In this document: positions 14,601 to 23,211 of the stretch, piece by piece | Position numbering within the stretch: the first letter of the stretch is position 1 | Layout of the letters: every line of letters starts with the position of its first letter | Source: Eledone cirrhosa | Lineage: Eukaryota | Direction: 5' to 3' | Length of the DNA stretch: 64,000 nucleotides | Assembly (NCBI GenBank): GCA_964016885.1 | Contig: OZ024759.1 | Coordinates: forward strand, 16,368,001-16,432,000 | Made by a program: the position numbers and the translations under genes | The notes under the pieces: generated by a model | The model's input: the letters and a program-made list of their open reading frames with translations, nothing else | Told to the model about the DNA's origin: nothing | The model's database searches: none

Positions 14601-16353
14601 CCCCCCACACTAACACATACTCTCAGGTCCCAATAATAGAGGGAGGGGGGTAATCTTTCTGGGTTGTTTCCATTGATTTTTTTTTAATAACCAGAATTAG
14701 TCATTTATTTTACATATTGAGACCCCAACCCATCTTATTTATTTAATAACATATGAGATTTCTAGTAATGTACTTTTTTTAATGCATAAAGAAAATTAAT
14801 TGTTGCAGGAATGCTATCACTTAAAATAAAATTTTGTTGGACATAAATCAGCAAAATTTAATAAGAGGGGGAATTGGAAAAGATCTGAAAAATTAATAAG
14901 TGTGGGGAAGGTGATAGGGTCGATTATTTGAGACCTGAGAGTATTTGAAATAACTTTTTAAAAGTCTTTTTAATTTCAATTTTTACTGGTGTCATTTATA
15001 TATATATATATATATATTTATTTGACACCTACACGACCACTTTGCAGCATGGGCTTTACTAGATGTATGCGTCAGCTCGGGACGTTGGGGTGGGGTGTGG
15101 TAGTGCATACTATATATATATGCTTCAGCTTTAGCCTGTGCCAAAGCGGGTCCTCTGTATTGCTGCACAACACTAGAGATCTCAGTGCTGTGTCATCATC
15201 TTTGAGAAATGCAATTGGGTAAGGTCAGCTTTTATCATCTCATCCCAAGTCTTCCACTCTAAGGCTTCCATCCACTTTGAGTGCTCTGCACCTTTGTATA
15301 CTGCTGTCATCCTTCATATGCATCACATGTCTTTTTACTAATGCAATCTCCTCTCCTGCACACTGCATCTGATTCCTCTTATACCTAGTTTCTCTCAGTT
15401 CATTTATGCTTTGCCTTTCACGTATACTACTATTACACATCCATCGGAGCATGTAAGCTTCATTTCTTACCAATCTACGCAAGTCTTCTGCACCAAACGC
15501 CCAGGTCTCACTACCATGCAACATTGCTGTACATATGCACGCATCATACAGTCTGCTTTTCATTTTGAGGGAAAAGCCTTTTGTAACTAGCAGTGGTAGT
15601 AGCTCCCTGAACTTCTTCCATCCTGTTCTCACTTTTGCTACTGTACTCTCAGAACACCCACCTCTGTTGCTAATTTGGTCACCTAAGTAGAAGCTGTCTA
15701 CTGCTTCTACTGAGCCTTCCTGGAATTTGATAGCACTTGTTTCCTGTGGCCGTTTGCTGCTTACTGCCCCAGTGCAACTTCTACATGTAAAGCCTACATT
15801 CTTAGCTAAATTTCCCCAAAGCCCACTACATCTCTTGTGTACTCATAGTTTGCATTTGGAGCAGAGGATGGAATTTCTACTTACACCTTTCCTACATACT
15901 TAGCATGGCCATTTCCCTGAGGTGATTTGGGTTTTGTTTTCTTTTCTACTTACTAGGATCTTAGTCTTTGTCAGGTTGGCCCCTTGTTTGTACACCCTTC
16001 TTCCATATATATATATATATGTATCAATACATATATAATATGTATGAGGATTATGTTTCCGAAATATTATGTGCTTTATATATATGTACAAAATACTATG
16101 TGTTTCTTAAATGCCATATGGTTCTCTTTCTTTCTCTCTGTCCCTCTATATATATATCTTTTAATTTGAATTATATATATATATATTATTGCCACATCCA
16201 GCTCCTTGATATCTTTATCATCATAGCCTATATGTAAAATAAGCTAAGTTACAAACAAGCGATTATTTCTGACTCATTTCTTTGTTTCAGGATTATTGTG
16301 TCACGAAAGGATCTTGTTGGTATATGAAAGGGATAAACATTGATGAATCATGA
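860..16353 (+). CDS. POLR3E: DNA-directed RNA polymerase III subunit RPC5 (Sin-like), 5'-partial gene; 11 coding exons in window
   Basis: Exons 860-984, 1890-1981, 3904-4024, 5335-5416, 7540-7599, 9709-9812, 10932-11038, 12447-12928, 13547-13612, 14414-14539 and 16291-16353 join in frame with AG/GT boundaries. Peptides PSNILSLSQLRTMPLQEQVKALL, LQQVAVLVQGSWVVKSEILYP, LCRGRDYLMWKF, GWEFLFDYDKEF and the C-terminus DYCVTKGSCWYMKG match what I recall of RPC5. Confidence 0.93.
1143..1762 (+). mobile_element. Non-autonomous RTE-like element (5' UTR-like region and 3' end), interrupted by a microsatellite
   Basis: Reverse-complement homolog at about 45207-45655; ends ggccatactcgataacgaggtgggcagccatcat, also seen at 60330-60365. 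Confidence 0.5.
1890..1981 (+). CDS. POLR3E: POLR3E exon (EKPALPSNILSLSQLRTMPLQEQVKALLIN)
   Basis: aacag| acceptor, |gtaaga donor, phase 2 to 1. Confidence 0.92.
3547..3774. mobile_element. piggyBac-like MITE family A (~230 bp)
   Basis: TTAA-CCCTTTAGCATTTA...TAAATGCTAAAGGG-TTAA; further copies at 2061-2427, 4326-4634, 8254-8481, 9354-9521, 17526-17921, 33188-33390, 35324-35786, 38158-38373, 41273-41479, 49892-50095 and 57650-57879. Confidence 0.8.
3904..4024 (+). CDS. POLR3E: POLR3E exon (AKVIRFRQLL...VLVQGSWVVK)
   Basis: cttcag| acceptor, |gtatgt donor, phase 1 to 2. Confidence 0.93.
5335..5416 (+). CDS. POLR3E: POLR3E exon (SEILYPKDATSPHSGVSAEHLCRGRDYL)
   Basis: tttcag| acceptor, |gtcagt donor, phase 2 to 0. 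Confidence 0.92.
5702..6393. repeat. 49-bp minisatellite, ~14 copies, inside a composite SINE
   Basis: Unit ctttacagtgtgggctgggtgcttttttgccgtggcacctccacgacca. Confidence 0.95.
6604..7145 (+). mobile_element. Non-autonomous Helitron-like element
   Basis: A|TC start; ends CCC..GCCGGGTTCCTCAGCTAG|T; the 5' boundary is uncertain. Confidence 0.45.
7540..7599 (+). CDS. POLR3E: POLR3E exon (MWKFLHTRYVTRKEISSVIK)
   Basis: tttcag| acceptor, |gtaagt donor, 60 nt, phase 0. Confidence 0.9.
7916..8235 (-). mobile_element. RTE-clade LINE 3' fragment
   Basis: RERRLRWYGHVMRM...GRRGRGRPRKTW, followed by a (TGA)n tail; further fragments at 10680-10900, 18310-18555 and 58147-58355. Confidence 0.85.
8870..9165. 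repeat. 23-bp minisatellite, ~12 copies
   Basis: Unit cccactggtgcctttaccacatt. Confidence 0.93.
9231..9613. mobile_element. piggyBac-like MITE family B with a nested family A copy
   Basis: TTAACCCTTT terminus; homologs at 27870-28092, 42597-43049 and 55505-55742; nested insert 9354-9521 duplicates TTAA. Confidence 0.7.
9709..9812 (+). CDS. POLR3E: POLR3E exon (LPAEDVKDILEQMSRVRVSHGWEFLFDYDKEFCS)
   Basis: gtttag| acceptor, |gtgata donor, phase 0 to 2. Confidence 0.9.
10932..11038 (+). CDS. POLR3E: POLR3E exon (RYPEIVQRQKVLWEAKFQSLCKQL...)
   Basis: ttacag| acceptor, |gtattt donor, phase 2 to 1. Confidence 0.9.
11105..11510 (+). mobile_element. Two tRNA-derived CORE-like SINE copies
   Basis: A/B boxes plus CORE-like segment, starting near 11105 and 11363. 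Confidence 0.75.
12040..12340 (-). mobile_element. LINE 3' fragment with a C-terminal zinc-knuckle region (Ingi/Vingi-like)
   Basis: FDLPRKQRVSLNWIHT...HLHRWEMKESPTCECGNPDHTVLHVVRDYPLRRFPGG. Confidence 0.6.
12447..12928 (+). CDS. POLR3E: POLR3E exon (linker plus start of C-terminal winged-helix region)
   Basis: ttacag| acceptor, |gtgagt donor; contains ORF 12509-13018 up to ...GIKMNDL; phase 1 to 0. Confidence 0.88.
13547..13612 (+). CDS. POLR3E: POLR3E exon (WVKPFIDEPVFLVSKFGDALDP)
   Basis: cactag| acceptor, |gtaagt donor, 66 nt. Confidence 0.85.
13636..14310. repeat. (GTT)n-based compound microsatellite/minisatellite filling a POLR3E intron
   Basis: GTT runs interspersed with recurrent GGTACT, GTAGAT and GCTCTT words. 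Confidence 0.92.
14414..14539 (+). CDS. POLR3E: POLR3E exon (MRGVLIGMFQSSCRV...DCKKLLR)
   Basis: tttcag| acceptor, |gtaagt donor, 126 nt. Confidence 0.87.
14618..14943. mobile_element. TA-flanked MITE (Tc1/mariner/pogo-type)
   Basis: TIR TACTCTCAGGTC..AATAAT / ATTATTTGAGACCTGAGAGTA; copies at 12968-13480 (with nested family A MITE) and 32198-32557. Confidence 0.7.
15240..15975 (-). mobile_element. Decayed RTE-clade LINE RT fragment
   Basis: GWKKFRELLPLL...RLYDACI.TAMLHGSETW...MLRWMC, with an upstream Cys-rich KWPC..CRKGV segment; frameshifted. Confidence 0.8.
16291..16353 (+). CDS. POLR3E: POLR3E terminal coding exon (DYCVTKGSCWYMKGINIDES*)
   Basis: tttcag| acceptor, TGA at 16351-16353; resembles the RPC5 C-terminal CV..GG.WYLKG motif. 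Confidence 0.88.
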   Translation, partial: DYCVTKGSCWYMKGINIDES

Positions 16354-16562
16354 CACTCCCCTATCACCTTCACCATCACCTTCACCATTACTGTGTTCTT
16401 TGTTGATATCCCCAGCCATCACTCTATTTAATTTATCATATATAAATGTGAAAATCTTCCGCACTTAACTGGGAGATATCACATCGCTGTGTGTTTTTGT
16501 AGCACACTTTGGTATTTTCAAATTGAAAGAAAAAATTAAAACAAAACGAAATACAAATGATG

Positions 16563-16764
16563 TTCGAGAATCAACTGATAAGTTCTTAGGCTGACCAAGA
16601 TACTCTCACGGAATGACCAAACGTGGTTTATCTTTCAACATACTCCCTGGAAAGAAACAATGCAGTTATTAATATAAACATCTGAAGTTAATGTATGCAA
16701 GATTTCACAGCTCTAGCATCACTCCTTCATAATCATCCTATGAACTTTTCAGCCGACTCTTGTG

Positions 16765-16813
<49 letters not shown>

Positions 16814-17321
16814 GGATGAGTTGCATAATGTCGACTGCTTTTCCTAATATTACATCATGATTGACTATACGGAATGACCAGTTCTATCCAGTGGTGAACC
16901 ACCAAACCTAAATGAATATATATATATATATATAAATTTAGAAGAAACAAGGTGCTGTGTGGTTACTGATAAAGTGTATTTAGAAATGAAAGGAAAGCAC
17001 AAACAAGAGACAGGTCCCCTCTTCAGTTGTTTGCTGAATGCGTTGAAACGTCTAAGACCCCCAGCAGACAACTGAAGAGGTGACCTGTCTCTTGTTTGTG
17101 CTTCCCTTTCATTTCGACATAGGTCGACTTAAAAATTCATAGGCTGGCCAAGACTGTCACGGAATGACCAAATGAGTTTTCTTTTTCAACACAGTCTCCT
17201 GGAAGAAAACAGTGCAGTTATAAATAAGAAAGAAAAGTTGAAATAAATGCATGCAAGATTTCACAACTCTAGCATCAATCCTTTGTAATCAGCCTATGAA
17301 CTTTTCAACCAAACCTCATAT
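16563..17321. mobile_element. Two mariner-like MITE copies (16563-16763, 17119-17321) in the putative POLR3E 3' UTR
   Basis: Direct ~200-bp homologs with imperfect TIRs ...aagttcataggctga / tcagcctatgaacttttca... Confidence 0.6.
16983..17115. repeat. 54-bp inverted repeat (hairpin) in the putative POLR3E 3' UTR
   Basis: Arms 16983-17036 and 17062-17115 with 3 differences; 25-nt loop. Confidence 0.9.
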
Positions 17322-17483
17322 AAGCAAATAATAATGCAAGTTTCCACTGAGATGGAAAAGATATATGTGTATGGTGTTGGTGGTGGTGGGGTGGGGTGGG
17401 GGACAGCGTGTGACAAACAAAAAGCAAACTTACAACATCACAACAACAATAATGATTATATCATCTGTTAAAAACTGCTTGTA

Positions 17484-17489
17484 AATAAA
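17484..17489 (+). terminator. Candidate polyadenylation signal of POLR3E
   Basis: AATAAA about 1.1 kb after the stop, followed by T-rich sequence; another AATAAA lies near 17242. Confidence 0.35.
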
Positions 17490-18871
17490 GTTTATTACAA
17501 TTTGCAAATGAAATTATTTTTTATTTTAACCCTTTAGCATTTACATTACTCTATATACACTTGTATTTTTGTGGTAAAGGCTTTACCTCACATAATATCG
17601 AATCTACAAGCTATTGGTGTTATTTATTTTGAGAATAACATCTTAATATAAGTATGAGTGGCCAGTTACAGCTGATTTGAACAGAAAAAGGAGAGAATTT
17701 TGGCCGGATATGACTGGTTTAACCCTTTAGCATTCACATTACTCTATATTACTATTGTATTTTCACAGTAAAGGCTTTACCTCACATAACTATATCACAT
17801 AATATCGAATATATGATATTTTGAGAAAAATACCCTAACATCAGTATGTGTGGCCAGTTACAGCCGGTTTGATCAGAAATAGGTGAGAAAATTCTGGCCG
17901 GTTTAAACGCTAAAGGGTTAAAGGTGAACTGGTGCTTTTCATCATGACACCAGCACTGCCACCTTACAGGGTGACTGGGTGCTTTTGTTGTGGCATCAGT
18001 ACTACCACTTTACAGCATGGAGCAGGTACTTTCGTTGTGGCACCAACACTACCACCTTGCAGAGTTTACTGGGTGTATTTTATCATGACACCAGCACTAC
18101 CACCTTACAGCATGGACTGGGTACTTTTGTTGTGGCATCAGCACTATATAATGATTAATGGAAACATCATGAACCAAGCAATTAAAGGTTATCACATATT
18201 TTCGTTGACTTGTTCTCTCTGACTCTGAGGTGGATGTTGCCTGATTGTCACAGCTGGCAAAATTACAAAGCTAGAAATTTTAATACAGTTGTTGACTATG
18301 ATAAATTATCATCATTTTACGTCTGCTTTTCCTTGCTTGCAAAGGTGAGACAGATCTTCTTCAGCACAGCATCTCTCCATTCGTCACGGTCCTTCGTCAT
18401 CTCTTCTGTTAGCTTCAGCGATCTGAGGTCAGCTCTCACCACCTTCACCCATGTTTTTCATGGTCTTCCTCTACTGCATCTTCCTTCTACCGGGATTTCT
18501 TGGCACTTCTTCACCCAGCGGTCATCTTCCATGTGCATCACATGGCCATACCAAGTTTCTTCCTTGGAATATTCATTTCTAATTAAAGATACTGCTTGTG
18601 ATTGTCAAATTATCTTGAAAATGAAGAATTTGAAGAAATTTAGTAGCATAGCTAACTTTTTCTTTATTTAGCTGGTATATATATATATATATATATACAC
18701 ACACATATATCATCAGTGTCACTTTAACGGCTGCTTTCCCTGCTAGCAAATATATTATATATACATATAAATACATATATAAACACGCACATTATATATA
18801 TATAGATACATACATATACACACATGTATAAATAATATGGATGAGGTGTCAAATTTTCATTATATTTATTT

Positions 18872-18959
18872 AAGTGCGACGCACGTTTCGCGATTGATCA
18901 GCTCAAGGTTGCTCAGTGTTGATCGGACTCGACTCTGGAATCAAAAGCTCATCAGACTT
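18872..18959 (-). ncRNA. Hammerhead ribozyme motif with GUC site and imperfect stem I
   Basis: Minus strand reads AAGT-CTGATGA-GCTTTTGATT...GATCAATCGC-GAAA-CGTGCG-TC-GCACTT. Confidence 0.6.
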
Positions 18960-18985
18960 CTGTTATGGTAATGACGGAACTATAT

Positions 18986-19700
18986 ATCATCATCATCATC
19001 ATCATCAACGTTTAACGTCCGTGTTCCACGCTTGCATGGGTTTGGACGGGGGTAGTCCCACTTGAGGCAAGAGTGATTGTCTTGCTCGCATAGGACTGTC
19101 TGGCAGGTTTTCTACAGTTGGATGCCCTTCCTAACACCAACCACATTTACAGTGTGGGTCTGGGAGGTTTTTACCGTGTTGCCTACACGGCCACATTACA
19201 GCGTGGACTGTGTGTTTTTTTTTTTTATATATATATAACACAATGTCACTGGACCGAGACCTTTGGCGGTACTCAGTAATAGAGAAGACCCGCCTTACCT
19301 AAATACATAGTAAAACCTACTACAGCCAGTAGGCATCTCTAACAAAATACACCCCTGTCCCACCACCCACACCCCATCCACACCACCCCCTCCTATGTAA
19401 AGTTATGTTGGTGCCACAACATCCAGGCCGAAACAAATGAGATCGTGTAGGTGTCACGACAAAAAAACACACAGTCCACGCTGTAATGTGGCCGTGTAGG
19501 CAACACGGTAAAAACCTCCCAGCTCCACACTGTAAACGTGGTTGGTGTTAGGAAGGGCATCCAGCTGTAGAAAACCTGCCAGACAGTCCTATGCGAGCAA
19601 GACAATCACTCTTGCCTCAAGTGGGAATACCCCCGTCCAAACCCATGCAAGCGTGGAACACGGACGTTAAACGTTGATGATGATGATGATGATGATGATA
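18986..19700. repeat. ~235-bp inverted pair of RTE-tail repeats
   Basis: 18986-19222 is the near-exact reverse complement of 19461-19700. Confidence 0.9.
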
Positions 19701-19947
19701 TATATATATATATCCAGGAAGTGTAACGTGAAGTTACTGCAGGTTCACCCATGTGAGCACCCGATTTTTAGGTTCACTTCAGTGGCGAGGTGTAGTGTGA
19801 GTTCAAATCCCGCTGAGGTTAACTGCCTTTTATCCTTATGGGGTCGATAAAACAAAGTACCAGTAATGCACTGAGATAATTGCTGGCCTTGTGCCAAAAA
19901 TAGAAACAATTATTATTATTATTATTGTATATATATATAGAGAGAAG

Positions 19948-20165
19948 TGAAGGTGTGCGGCTGAGTGGTTAGAGAATTGGATTCGCAATCGTAAGGTTGT
20001 GAGTTCGATTCCTGGACCAGGCGATGCGTTATGTCCTTGAGCAAGACACTTTATTTCACGTTGCTCCTTCTACCTGGAGTTGCGACCGATAGATAGTATT
20101 AGCAATTGGAAAGACCAACGGAAACATTGTTCCCTCGGTCCGATTTGACGAAAGTCGATCGTTCC
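19948..20165 (+). mobile_element. tRNA-derived SINE, same subfamily as 233-450
   Basis: Collinear with 233-450, including the ...ccgatttgacgaaagtcga tail. Confidence 0.75.
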
Positions 20166-20226
20166 TTTATATATATATAGAGAGAGAGAGATACATACAC
20201 GCACGTATATATATATATATACACAC

Positions 20227-20390
20227 ATATCAACTAGAAATTGATTGACATATATATATATTTAAAATAAACACATGAAACAATCACAGGGGATAATTTG
20301 TAAAGTGTGTAATCACACATAGCTAGGTAGGTAACTAATTAAAGTTAAACTTTACAAATTATCCCCTGTGATTGTTTCATGTGTTTATTT

Positions 20391-20426
<36 letters not shown>

Positions 20427-20446
20427 AATTAATTTCTAGTTGATAT
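20227..20446. repeat. ~80-bp inverted repeat with internal (TA)n of unequal length
   Basis: Arms 20227-20306 and 20349-20446; 42-nt spacer. Confidence 0.88.
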
Positions 20447-20919
20447 AAAATGCTCCGATATCTATTCATTCTAATATTTGAGCTTATTCTACGGTGGATA
20501 TGGTGCATGTGTCGCACATGACTCCCTTAATTTAATTTAATTAATTTTGGATATATACACACATATATAGATATAGATGTAGATAGATGAAACGGCAGAG
20601 AGAAAGTATCATGTGTCCTAAAAAAAAAAAAAGCAGACGATGTTAATGATTTTGGCGGCGTCCGTGCGATCGTCTTTTGATAACAAGTATTGAACAAGAA
20701 AAGTAGCAGGAAATTACACCACTGGTAAATCTTTTTATTTCGATTTTGTTTTATTTTCAAATTTGTTCCTTTTCAATTATATTTTTATTTTTCGTATAGG
20801 TACCGTAAAATATGAAAAAAATAATTAAATTATATAGTTATTCTATGTATATATGTCTGTCTGTCTGTATGTGTGTATGTATGTACATGTGTTTGTGTAT
20901 ACATGTGAGTATGTGTGTG

Positions 20920-20954
<35 letters not shown>

Positions 20955-21270
20955 AGTCATACTACCTGACAAACGTATATTGCCAAATTATACCCCTCAT
21001 ATGACGGGTAACAGAAGTGAGTGTGTGTGTATATATATATATACATACACACACACAAATTGATTAACGCAGTTAAAAACTCAAATTAATCATCCCTTAT
21101 AATTTAGGGAGCTCAAGGGCTCTTTGTAACTCAACATATAGAGAGAAATACACATTCGTATGAAACAGTTCTAGACCTGTAGAATCCATTTCTATATTAA
21201 ATTTCGTTGTTTTCACTCTACTAATGTATTGAGTACCTTATTTACTGCGGTTACCCCCCGATATCACTCT

Positions 21271-21325
<55 letters not shown>

Positions 21326-21498
21326 GTAGGAGGTGAGTAATATTGTAGAACAATAAAACAATGCATATATCAGTTAAGTAGCACTCGACAGTTGGTAGAA
21401 CTGGAGTATATATAAAGAAGGAATTAAAAGATTGTTAAATATGTTGACTGAACACTTTCTTATTCACAAGTGTTTTTAGACTTCATATCATGTTACCT

Positions 21499-21568
21499 TA
21501 TTTTATCTGATGAGAACACAATTTTTGTCCCAGGATGATGTTGTTTTCGAAATGCGCATAATAAAATA
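21499..21568 (+). ncRNA. Type I hammerhead ribozyme motif with intact core
   Basis: Stem I TATTTTAT/ATAAAATA; CTGATGA at 21507-21513; stem II GAACACAA/TTGTTTTC; GAAA at 21549-21552; palindromic stem III ATGCGCAT; AUA cleavage triplet ending 21560. Confidence 0.75.
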
Positions 21569-21601
21569 TATGGAACATTTTTAACCATCTTTTAATTCCT
21601 T

Positions 21602-21647
<46 letters not shown>

Positions 21648-21834
21648 GTGTGTGTGTGTGGCTAAAGTCATTTGATTTATTTCTATATATCACTCCCTGT
21701 TTTCATCGTGTCTTGCTTCACCCATAAATAAGAAACAATATATATATATATATACAAAATAGACAGTTCGTGATCGTTTATTAAGAGGAGTGTTCAGATT
21801 GTTATCATAAATAGTAACATTCTTTTATGCGACT

Positions 21835-21897
21835 CCCGCCCATTGTGTACGTCAATTAATGATTTACCTGTAGAGTTGTGACGTAAATATCGGAAGT
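21835..21897. promoter_or_regulatory. Candidate promoter/enhancer motif cluster
   Basis: GC box CCCGCCC (21835), two inverted CRE-like sites TACGTCA (21848) and TGACGTA (21879), and ETS CGGAAGT (21891), all within 63 bp of non-repetitive DNA. Confidence 0.4.
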
Positions 21898-22264
21898 TGT
21901 TTTTTAAAAAAAAAACAAAAAAAACATCCTCCTTATACTATTTTTTATTTATTTTATTTTGTTAACAACACTCTATTCATAACATTTAATTACATATACA
22001 CACACATAGAGTGCATTTGTGTGTGTGTATATATATATATATATATAAATACACACTCATGTGTGTGTATTTACACAAACCCTCCATCTCAATTTTACTT
22101 TTGATAATCATAAGAACTGTGAAACTGGTAAAGTAAATAAATATTCTTAAAAAAGACATTAGTTGCATTTTCAAATTGTTTTCCTTATATATATATATAT
22201 AGTCTGCCAATACTGGAATTGAACCATCAAGACCGTTGAGGTATGCCATACATCAATTCATGTA

Positions 22265-22326
22265 TTTTATCTGACGAGGATGTACTGAAAATACAGCCCA
22301 GTACCTTCCAAATATATATAATAAAA
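22265..22326 (+). ncRNA. Hammerhead ribozyme motif with GAAA to CAAA core change (probably inactive)
   Basis: TTTTAT-CTGACGA-GGATGTACTG..CAGTACCTTC-CAAA-TATATA-TA-ATAAAA; same architecture as the 21499 motif. Confidence 0.65.
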
Positions 22327-22477
22327 CATATTTTGATTATGTGAATGTCTTCATTTATTAATATTCTGAATAATATTAATAACTCCAGAAAACTTCTTTG
22401 TAGAGTGCTTTTAATCTATTGTAAAACTATATTCATTGAGTAATCGATGAACCATATTAATCTTTGGTTATATATAT

Positions 22478-22650
22478 GATGGACCATAACGGCTAATTCT
22501 GGACGTTTACAGTCCAGAATTAGCCGTCGAAACGGCTTGAGCTCAGCCGTCGGGGTGCTACTTGTTCCTATTACCCACTCTACTACCCTAAGTATTGAGT
22601 ACTTTGGTGCATTATGGTCCATCTGGTTCCTTACCACATTTCCTTCGTTA
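22478..22650 (+). mobile_element. Penelope-like fragment: hammerhead 3' half plus conserved tail, embedded in (TA)n
   Basis: Hairpin ACGGCTAATTCTGGAC/GTCCAGAATTAGCCGT, then GAAA-CGGCT..AGCCG-TC-GGGGT; near-identical to 25460-25600. Confidence 0.55.
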
Positions 22651-23211
22651 TATATATATACATGCATAACTACACATGAGTGTTTCTGCTTCAGTTAGTG
22701 TGCTGTTTGTGTGTAAAAACAGGGTGTATAAATGATACCTGTTGAAATTGAGGCCATTTGGAAAGACATGTGAGATTCGTACGTCATTCTAATAAATTGT
22801 CAAGTTTGTTTGTCGTGTGTAAACTGAAACTTTCATTTGTACCACCAGAAATAGCCACAGTATACAAACCACCCGTCAAGCCTTAAATATATTTATATTT
22901 AGTTGAGCTGCTATTATAGCTAAGTCGGTGACTGGACGCAAGTGTCTGCACAAGAACACACACACATATATATATACTACATACTTTTATATATTATATT
23001 AATATATATATATTTATATGTACATATAATTTTTATAGAGAGACCAGAAAGAAAGAGAATTGAGATAGATTAAAAAAAGTTTTGTGAACTGTCTTTTGGG
23101 AAATAATTTTGCTATATTTTAAAGAAGAAAGAAACAATTTGCTGTTATTTAAAAAAAAAAATAAGTGGACAATAAATAAGGAAAGGGTAAAAACGAAGTA
23201 CTACGTTTGAT

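Noticed and set aside
20650-20830. Possible non-coding first exon and short intron (TTTGGCGG, ctg|gtaaat ... tatag|)
   Set aside because: Splice-like signals in T-rich DNA, with no downstream coding link that I can support.
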